Below, one piece after another: positions 57,310-64,000 of a stretch of 64,000 bases of DNA (position 1 is its first letter; each line of letters begins with the position of its first letter). The DNA comes from Advenella sp. (lineage in GTDB: Bacteria > Pseudomonadota > Gammaproteobacteria > Burkholderiales > Burkholderiaceae_B). Location of the stretch: the NCBI GenBank assembly GCA_034006805.1, contig JAVESC010000001.1, positions 42,627-106,626 of the forward strand, given 5' to 3'. The notes beneath the pieces are model-generated. The model made no database searches, was not told the DNA's origin, and saw only the letters and a list, made by a program, of their open reading frames with translations. The translations under genes and the position numbers were made by a program.

Positions 57310-58269
57310 ATGAGTTCTCAAGAAGAGGGTTTGCGGCCAGAGGAGTTCGCAGAGGCGGCGGCTGCGGCAGTGGCCGATACACAGGGTCGCGATTTTCGTG
57401 ATGCAGCGGCTGTGCTGGCAACATCGGGGCTGTTTGGTGTATGTGCCACCGAGGAAAGTGGCGGTCTTGGTCTTGGTTGGCCGTTTGGCGTGGCCGTGTG
57501 TGAAGCCGCCGGTAAACTGCAATTGCATTTTCCACTGGTGGAGCAGATGGTATTGGCAAGTGTCTTTGCCAATACAGACATTGCGGAAGCATTGGTTAGC
57601 GGTAATAAGGTGGCAACCATTGCGTGGCAGGGGAGCCTGGCTGAAAAGGCGGTAACGCATGTGGCTTATGCCGCTGATTGTGATTGGGTGCTGGTGGCAG
57701 ATGGGCAGGGAGCGAGTTTGCTTGAAGTGGCCTCACTTGCTTTGCAGGCCAATGAAACGCTGGATCCGGACTATCCGCATTATGAAATTAGTCTGGATAA
57801 GGCAGTTGTCAAAGCGCGCTTGTCAGCAACCGAGTATGCCACTTTGCAGGAAAGTGCGCAGGTGCTTTATACCGGTTTTGTCAATGGCCTGGGGGCAGGT
57901 GCGTTGCAACTGGCTGCTGAGTATATGTCAACCCGTGTTCAGTTTGGGCGCCCCTTGTCTGCCAAGCAGGTAGTGCGTCATACGCTGGCCCGTATGCAGC
58001 TATTGCATGAAACATCAACTGCGGCATTGCACAGGGTTTTAAGCAAGAATGAGTTCGGTGAAACACGCAGTGTGGCACCTGTGTTTTCCGGGGCGCTTGC
58101 CAATGCAGTTTTTGTTCTTGAAAAAGCGATTCACTTGCATGGTGGTATGGGTTTTACCTGGGAGGTGCCATTGCATTATTCCCTGCGTGAGGTTCGCAAG
58201 TTGGAAGCGGCTTTTAATAATGGGCATCGGCTAGAGGCCTTGGGTGCGCAATTTATTGCAACGGTATAA
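57310..58269 (+). CDS. Acyl-CoA dehydrogenase family protein, short subunit-like
   Basis: 319 aa with RVQFGRPLSAKQ and HGGMGFTWEVPLH ACAD C-terminal motifs. Its start codon lies 2 nt after the stop codon of the previous ACAD gene. Confidence 0.75.
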   Translation: MSSQEEGLRPEEFAEAAAAAVADTQGRDFRDAAAVLATSGLFGVCATEESGGLGLGWPFGVAVCEAAGKLQLHFPLVEQMVLASVFANTDIAEALVSGNKVATIAWQGSLAEKAVTHVAYAADCDWVLVADGQGASLLEVASLALQANETLDPDYPHYEISLDKAVVKARLSATEYATLQESAQVLYTGFVNGLGAGALQLAAEYMSTRVQFGRPLSAKQVVRHTLARMQLLHETSTAALHRVLSKNEFGETRSVAPVFSGALANAVFVLEKAIHLHGGMGFTWEVPLHYSLREVRKLEAAFNNGHRLEALGAQFIATV

Positions 58270-58278
58270 GGAGATATC

Positions 58279-59037
58279 ATGCAACAGGATATGGCAGGCC
58301 GTGTGGCCCTGGTTACAGGGGCAGGTAATGGCATTGGTAAAGAAACAGCCAGGCAGATGGCTGCCCGTGGCGCTATTGTGGCCGTTAATGACCTTAAAGA
58401 AGAGTTTGTTAATGCGGTTGTGGAAGAAATAAATACTGCCGGTGGTAAAGCGTTCGCCGTCGTGCAGAACATGTCAAGCCGTGAAGGGGTGACAGCGGCC
58501 GTTCAACAGGCTTATCAATACATGGGGCGACTTGATATTCTGGTAAATAATGCTGCCTGGGTCAGGTATCAGGCAATTCCCGATATCATGCCCGAAACCG
58601 TCGATCGTATGATTGATATTGGTTTCAAGGCCATTATTTGGGGAATGCAGGCAGCTGTTGATGTGATGGATGAGGAGCGTGGTGGGGCTATTGTGAATGT
58701 GGCATCAACAGCCGCATTGCGATCTACTCTGAATTCAGTCGTGTATTCGGGCATTAAAGCAGGCGTATTGGGTATGACCCGTGCCGCAGCAGCTGAACTG
58801 GGTTCTCGCAATATTCGGGTCAATGCAGTATGTCCCTCTGCGGTACCTACCGAGGGCACGCAACGCAATCGTAATGCCGAGCGTGATGCCGGCCGTATTG
58901 CCCGTACGCCACTGGGACGTTTGGGTACGGTAACGGATATTGCCAGGGGGATTTGTTTTCTGGCCAGTGATGAAGCGGGTTTCATGAGTGCTCAATCCCT
59001 GGTGGTGGATGGCGGCGTGACTTTCACTAATATTTGA
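58279..59037 (+). CDS. Short-chain dehydrogenase/reductase (classical SDR)
   Basis: TGAGNGIG, NNAA and YSGIKAG (Y-x3-K) motifs. Confidence 0.9.
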   Translation: MQQDMAGRVALVTGAGNGIGKETARQMAARGAIVAVNDLKEEFVNAVVEEINTAGGKAFAVVQNMSSREGVTAAVQQAYQYMGRLDILVNNAAWVRYQAIPDIMPETVDRMIDIGFKAIIWGMQAAVDVMDEERGGAIVNVASTAALRSTLNSVVYSGIKAGVLGMTRAAAAELGSRNIRVNAVCPSAVPTEGTQRNRNAERDAGRIARTPLGRLGTVTDIARGICFLASDEAGFMSAQSLVVDGGVTFTNI

Positions 59038-59050
59038 CAGGCGGGGTGTT

Positions 59051-60280
59051 ATGCCAACAGTACTGATTACAGGGGCGGCCTCGGGGATTGGCCGGGCTGC
59101 GGCCATGTTGTTTGCCGGTCGTGGCTGGCAATGTATGTTGGTGGATCGTGATGCGCAGGCTTTGGCAGCCTTGTTGCCAGTGTTGCCTTCGCACGGTGGG
59201 CGGGCGCATATCAGTCGGGTGGTTGATTTAACCCGCACCGCTGATATCTTCAGCCTGGCTGATCCGGCTTTACCGCTTGATGCTGTTATTAATAATGCGG
59301 GCATGTCAGATACCAGTGGTTTGCCACTGATTCAGCAAGATGGTACGCAGCTTGAGCGTCTGCTGGCATTGAATTTACAGGCTCCGGCTTATATGGTTGA
59401 GGCTTTATCGGCACAACTGGTGCCCGGGGCACGCATTGTGAATGTTGCTTCAGGAGCGGGCTTGCATGTTATTCCATGGCGAGGGGCCTATAGCGCAAGC
59501 AAAGCAGGTTTAATTGCACAAACCCGTGCCCTGGCAAAGGCACGGCCCGATTTACGGGTTAGTGTGTTGTGTCCGGGTTTTGTGCGTACTGAACTGGTTG
59601 AGGAATTGATTGCTTGCGGACGATTGAGTCCTGTCGCTGCCGTTGCCAAAATTCCATTGGGACGCATGGCGCAACCGCAAGAGATGGCGCAAGCTTTGTT
59701 TTTTATGGCTTCAGTGGAAGCGGCACCGCTTTCTGGCGAGTGCATTAGCATTGATGGCGGTTCGGCTGTTTTTGGCGGGAGCAAGGCTTTTCTGCCATCA
59801 ATCCATGAAAATATGCCCTTTGAAACAAAGGTGGCTTTTCAGTTGTTTGATAGCCCTGATGCAGAATGGGAAAGTGCCTTACCGGTGAGGCGGCCCTCAT
59901 CGGCTCAGGCAATGTATGCTGCTACTGTTGATTTTTCAACGTTGATGGCAGGTAAGGGGCAGTTATTGCAGGCGGTGCATCAGGCGGCAGCCCGTTACGC
60001 CAGTAGTAATAAGGCAGGCAGCAGCCTGACCCTGTTATTACCTGCAGAAAAACAGGGTGAAACTGCCTGGCAAACAAGTGGTGACAGGGCGGCTGCACGC
60101 ATGTTGGTGGCAACACTGGCTTGTGAGCTGGGGCCACAAGCCATGCGAATCAATGCTATTGAAATGGATGCAGACAGTTCGCCAGCCGTGTTGGCCCCGG
60201 TTGTGCAGTTTGTAGCGGGGGCTTGTGCGCAGTTCCTTACTGGACAAATTATTCGGGCCAATGCGAAATTGGCACTTTAA
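59051..60280 (+). CDS. SDR fused to a C-terminal degenerate SDR-like half
   Basis: The N-terminal half has TGAASGIG, NNAG and YSASKAG. The C-terminal ~150 aa keep SDR-like LACELGPQAMRINAI and FLTGQIIRAN, but there is no glycine-rich loop and no Tyr-x3-Lys. Confidence 0.75.
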   Translation: MPTVLITGAASGIGRAAAMLFAGRGWQCMLVDRDAQALAALLPVLPSHGGRAHISRVVDLTRTADIFSLADPALPLDAVINNAGMSDTSGLPLIQQDGTQLERLLALNLQAPAYMVEALSAQLVPGARIVNVASGAGLHVIPWRGAYSASKAGLIAQTRALAKARPDLRVSVLCPGFVRTELVEELIACGRLSPVAAVAKIPLGRMAQPQEMAQALFFMASVEAAPLSGECISIDGGSAVFGGSKAFLPSIHENMPFETKVAFQLFDSPDAEWESALPVRRPSSAQAMYAATVDFSTLMAGKGQLLQAVHQAAARYASSNKAGSSLTLLLPAEKQGETAWQTSGDRAAARMLVATLACELGPQAMRINAIEMDADSSPAVLAPVVQFVAGACAQFLTGQIIRANAKLAL

Positions 60281-60287
60281 GCTTTAA

Positions 60288-61037
60288 ATGACTCAAATGG
60301 CCAGCATAATGAATGATTACACCGACGAACAGGCACATATCAAAGCGTATTTTATAAAAGAACGTGGTTATTGGCGGCCCTGGAACGAAACGATTTTGCG
60401 GCATAATCCCTCTTTTCTGAAGCATTATGCTGTTTATGCGGGATACCCGGCTCGCAATGGGCCTTTGTCACCGCGTATGATCGAGTTGATTTATATTGCG
60501 TTGGATGCCTCGGCAACACATTTGTTTGCCGCAGGCTTGCGGACTCACCTTGGCTTTGCGCGTAAGCTCGGGGTGACGCCTGCAGAAGTTTTTGATGTCT
60601 TGCATTTAGTTGCCTGTCAGGGGCTGAGTCATGTTTATGATGCGGTTGGTATTCTTGCGGAAGAAAGTGGTACGGAAGAAGTTGACGCATTGTCTGAGCA
60701 ACAACGGATGCGCATACGGCAATATTTTCGCGAGATTCCCCCGTTTATAAAGCAGCTTGCCCAACTGGATAAGGCGTATCTGGATGTGCTGCTTGATTTT
60801 CTGGAAGAGGGGGGCGTAATGCAGCCAGAGGGCTTGGCACTCACCGAACGTTTGTTGATAGAAATTGCCCTGGCGGCCTGTTTTACCGGATTCAATGCCA
60901 ATATGTTGCGTCTACGGATTCGGGGTGCTTTAAACCTGGGGGTTACGCGGGCTGAAATATTACAGGCGATACAGCTAGGTGCACATTTGTCAATCCACGG
61001 TACGGCCTTGGGGGCGAGTGTATTTGCTGAGGCTTAA
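60288..61037 (+). CDS. Carboxymuconolactone decarboxylase / AhpD-like family protein (two-domain)
   Basis: 249-aa all-helical protein. LSPRMIELIYIALDAS and LTERLLIEIALAAC look like duplicated AhpD-like core helices. Assigned by pattern only. Confidence 0.55.
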   Translation: MTQMASIMNDYTDEQAHIKAYFIKERGYWRPWNETILRHNPSFLKHYAVYAGYPARNGPLSPRMIELIYIALDASATHLFAAGLRTHLGFARKLGVTPAEVFDVLHLVACQGLSHVYDAVGILAEESGTEEVDALSEQQRMRIRQYFREIPPFIKQLAQLDKAYLDVLLDFLEEGGVMQPEGLALTERLLIEIALAACFTGFNANMLRLRIRGALNLGVTRAEILQAIQLGAHLSIHGTALGASVFAEA

Positions 61038-61133
61038 CAGCCCAATTGTTGTGCAGGCAGATGTTTTTTTAGGCAATGTTGGTTTTTAGACGAATGGGGG
61101 CAATAAGGATAAATTACTGATGTTGTTTGAAAA

Positions 61134-61166
61134 TATGGCAGTGGTGTTGTTTTAGCCACTGCCATA
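61134..61166 (-). terminator. Terminator hairpin downstream of the minus-strand Bug gene
   Basis: tatggcagtgg / ccactgccata: a perfect 11-bp stem, with a short T run on the minus strand. Confidence 0.6.
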
Positions 61167-61174
61167 CTGCTGGT

Positions 61175-62155
61175 TTAATCCAGTTTTATATTTAAATCGC
61201 TAATAATATCGCCCCAGGTTTTAGAGTGTTCTTCAATCAGTTCGCCAAATGCCGATGCAGTCATGATGCGTGCTTCTGCACCTTCAGATTTAAACCTTTC
61301 TACCACATCAGGCGAAGCCAGGGCATTATTCACGGCCTGATTCAGTATTTCAATAATTGGTTCAGGTGTGCCAGCTGGTGCCAATAAACCATACCAGGAG
61401 TAAGCTTGCATTTCAGGAAGACCCGATTCACGAAAGGTGGGGATGGCGGTAGCTGTTTCCTGACGTACTTCGGAAGCCAGGGCTATCGCTTTTAATCGAC
61501 CAGAATTGAGGTGCGGAAGCGAGGTGGACAGTGCATCAAAGAAGAGATCAACGTGGCCGGCAACCAAATCAGACAGTGCCAGAGATGCGCCTTTATATGG
61601 AACATCAATCAATTCGGTACCGGCTGCGGAACGGAACATGGACAAGACCAGGTGGGTTGAGGAACCGTTGCCGAGGGTTGCTGTGGTGAGTTTACCCGGA
61701 TTGGCTTTTGCATAAGCAATGAGATCTTGAACATTATCGGCAGGAACAGAGGGATTGGCGACTAGAACAAAAGGGGTCAGGCCGGCCAATGAAACCGGTT
61801 CGAAGTCAGTTACCTTATACGGCAGCTTGCTGAATAAATGTGGGTTGCTTGACAGCGTGGTGGTAACGGCCATGAGAAGGGTATAACCATCGGGTTTGGC
61901 ACGAGCAACCGATTCTGCGCCAATAATGGTGGAGGCACCCGGTTTGTTCTCTACAATTACTGGTTGCTTCAGCTGTTCTGATATTTTTTGCGAGAGTAGG
62001 CGCGCCAGAATGTCGGTAAAACCACCAGGGGCGTAAGGGACTACAATTTTAATGGGCTTGTCAGGATAAGGGCTGGTTTTTTGTGCATGTGCCGGGCTAA
62101 TGGTAAAAGCGATTGTCGAGGTGGCGAACAGGATGGTTTTAAGTAAAAAATTCAT
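61175..62155 (-). CDS. Bug-family (TctC-like) substrate-binding protein
   Basis: Signal peptide, YPDKPIKIVVPYAPGGFTDILARLL and YKGASLALSDLVAGHV motifs. Confidence 0.9.
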   Translation of the reverse strand: MNFLLKTILFATSTIAFTISPAHAQKTSPYPDKPIKIVVPYAPGGFTDILARLLSQKISEQLKQPVIVENKPGASTIIGAESVARAKPDGYTLLMAVTTTLSSNPHLFSKLPYKVTDFEPVSLAGLTPFVLVANPSVPADNVQDLIAYAKANPGKLTTATLGNGSSTHLVLSMFRSAAGTELIDVPYKGASLALSDLVAGHVDLFFDALSTSLPHLNSGRLKAIALASEVRQETATAIPTFRESGLPEMQAYSWYGLLAPAGTPEPIIEILNQAVNNALASPDVVERFKSEGAEARIMTASAFGELIEEHSKTWGDIISDLNIKLD

Positions 62156-62529
62156 TGATGTCTCGCTCCAGTCGAGTAGTTTGATTATTTATTTAAGATT
62201 AAATTATATTGTGTGCGCATATAAAAATGGCAACTTATTTATACTCGATTCCAAGTAGGCTGATAAGAGGGTTTTAATGCAGAATAATCCTGCAAATTTA
62301 GAGAGGGTATTGTTTTTATGAAGGCATTAAGTTTGTTTTCAATAAGTGTTTTTTCTTGATTGAGTGTTAATTTGTTCAGAGTATTTTGCGCAATTTATGA
62401 CTAGTCCAGGATACTGCCACAAGGTAGGATCATATACGGGTAGTTTTTTTAATGTAAATGTATTTGTATGTAATTGCATAAAGCAATCAACATGAAAAAC
62501 AAATTAAATGAGACAAAAAAGGTTTAAGA

Positions 62530-63327
62530 ATGAATGATAAATGGTTGGGTCTTGACGGTCGGGTGGTAGCAGTGACTGGTGCGAATGGTGGAATTGGACG
62601 GGCAATAGTGCGGGCGCTTCTTGAAAACGGTGCGCATGTTGCCATGCTGGACCGAGAGGCCTTGGCTGCGCAGGATGTGGCTACACTGCTTGCCAATACG
62701 GGTGGGCGTTGTATTTCCCTAGCGTGTGATGTGGCCGATGATGAACAGGTTGAGGCGGCGGCCGAAGCCGTAAGCAGGCAGTTGGGGGATTGTTTTTCTT
62801 TGGTTAACAATGCTGCTGTTTCTGTGCCCGGTCCTTTAGATGAAATAGATCTGGCTGCCTGGGAGCGGCAGATTAATATTAATCTGACCGGTTATTTGCG
62901 TTGCGCCCGTGCCTTTGGCAAGTCAATGCGTTCGCATGGTGCCGGTTCTGTCGTGCATGTGGCTTCTATTGCCGGCTCCAATCCACAGCCCTTGAGTGGG
63001 GCGTACAGCAGTACAAAGGCGGCTATTCTTATGTTGTCAAGGCAATTGGCTTTTGAGTGGGGGCCACATGGCATACGTAATAATGTGGTGAGTCCTGGTC
63101 TGACCCGAACGCCACTGACTGAACTGTATTATGCCGATCCGAAAATGCGCCAGCAGCGTGAAGAGGCGGTTCCTTTGCGTCGTATTGGTGCGCCTGAAGA
63201 CATTGCCAATGCAGTTGTGTTTCTGGTGAGTGACCGTTCTTCTTATATGAATGGTGCAGAAATGGTGGTGGACGGTGGTTTTACCCAATCATTAATGAGT
63301 CACATTCCCCGACCCCGTCGCTCTTGA
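62530..63327 (+). CDS. Short-chain dehydrogenase/reductase
   Basis: TGANGGIG, NNAA and YSSTKAA motifs. Confidence 0.9.
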   Translation: MNDKWLGLDGRVVAVTGANGGIGRAIVRALLENGAHVAMLDREALAAQDVATLLANTGGRCISLACDVADDEQVEAAAEAVSRQLGDCFSLVNNAAVSVPGPLDEIDLAAWERQININLTGYLRCARAFGKSMRSHGAGSVVHVASIAGSNPQPLSGAYSSTKAAILMLSRQLAFEWGPHGIRNNVVSPGLTRTPLTELYYADPKMRQQREEAVPLRRIGAPEDIANAVVFLVSDRSSYMNGAEMVVDGGFTQSLMSHIPRPRRS

Positions 63328-63399
63328 TATACAGTCCAAGCCTTAGGCTATTTAATTATTCTAATAAAAATGATGATATCTGAGATAGGCAACAGATGT

Positions 63400-63428
63400 A
63401 AAAAAACCTGACCTTAATATAGGTCAGG
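63400..63428 (-). terminator. Rho-independent terminator of the porin gene
   Basis: On the minus strand: cctgacc tatattaa ggtcagg followed by ttttttt. Confidence 0.85.
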
Positions 63429-63487
63429 GAAAGACTCACTACGGAAATGATGGGAAATCAAGGGTTATCTTCAAGGATTGCAGGTTA

Positions 63488-64000
63488 TTAGAAGCGATGC
63501 TGCAGACCGACACCAACCAGAGAAGTTTTCAATTTGGCTTTTGGATTAACCGCTCTGTCATCAAACTTCAGACTACCGGTAGCCACTGAAGCTACCGCAT
63601 AAATTAGCGTACGTTTGGACAGGCTGTGCTCATAACCCAGGCTAAAAATACTCAAGCTTCCTTTCACTCCATTAAATCCCTCATCTCTATTTTTGGTGGC
63701 ACTGCCCTGGTATGAGAACATGGCTTTACCAGCCTCACCCACAGGCGTACTTAAAGCAACGGACCAGGCCTGTTGACGGTAGCCCTTGGTTTGCGAGTAA
63801 AGCAGGCCATCGGCACGCATGCCCTGGGTAAAGGGAGTGAACAGGTTGTTCAAACCGATACTGCTGGCCTCCATTTTTGCAGCTGCACCATCTTTATTGC
63901 CGATGGCACCGCGCACCTGGCCATAGCCCAGATCCAGCTTGACGATCTCAAAGTCATAGGTACCAAACAGGTTCCACATATGAACCGTGCCTTTATGCTG
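63488..64000 (-). CDS. Gram-negative general porin, 5'-truncated by the window edge
   Basis: Beta-strand pattern and C-terminal VGVGLQHRF. The frame stays open to the end of the window. Confidence 0.8.
   Translation of the reverse strand, partial: QHKGTVHMWNLFGTYDFEIVKLDLGYGQVRGAIGNKDGAAAKMEASSIGLNNLFTPFTQGMRADGLLYSQTKGYRQQAWSVALSTPVGEAGKAMFSYQGSATKNRDEGFNGVKGSLSIFSLGYEHSLSKRTLIYAVASVATGSLKFDDRAVNPKAKLKTSLVGVGLQHRF

Overview
This is a chromosomal window from a moderate-GC betaproteobacterium. Gene order and three Bug/TctC-type solute-binding proteins suggest Burkholderiales, Alcaligenaceae-like, but this is inference only. I count about 60 protein genes and one tRNA. I saw no rRNA, CRISPR array, transposase, integrase or recognisable defence system.

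- 1-32 kb is conserved core:
  - rsmB (partial), a DUF4390-like gene, an NtrY-like kinase, a short NtrX-like regulator and trkAH.
  - trmL-comF, with bioC divergent.
  - An ArnC/ArnT-like glycolipid-modification pair colinear with its own OmpR-type regulator and kinase.
  - gpsA-secB-grxC-rhodanese, then gpmA-envC-ctp-moeB, an M61 peptidase and a crotonase.
  - A complete atpIBEFHAGDC operon.
- 32-42 kb holds a ThDP enzyme, a Bug binding protein, a small membrane ORF, a pseudo-receiver/Fis-HTH regulator, hemE, priA and rep.
- 42-48 kb is the least ordinary part:
  - A membrane-anchored cytochrome c and tRNA-Arg(CCG) are bracketed by a perfect 28-nt inverted repeat that belongs to a hairpin-containing repeat family.
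  - Next comes a cassette of two paralogous secreted Ntn hydrolases (choloylglycine / penicillin V acylase type) flanking an outer-membrane beta-barrel.
  - These are followed by a GntR-type remnant, a Gram-positive-type MnmM/YtqB methyltransferase and an orphan ORF.
- 48-64 kb holds:
  - Bug plus an SMP-30 lactonase-like gene, and a LysR regulator.
  - A two-component LLM monooxygenase.
  - A seven-gene CoA-dependent catabolic operon: crotonase, ADP-forming acyl-CoA synthetase, split acyl-CoA dehydrogenase pair, SDR, SDR-pseudoSDR fusion and an AhpD-like protein.
  - Another Bug gene, an SDR and a partial porin.

All functional calls come from motifs, lengths and gene order read by eye. No database search was run, and start codons are often uncertain.
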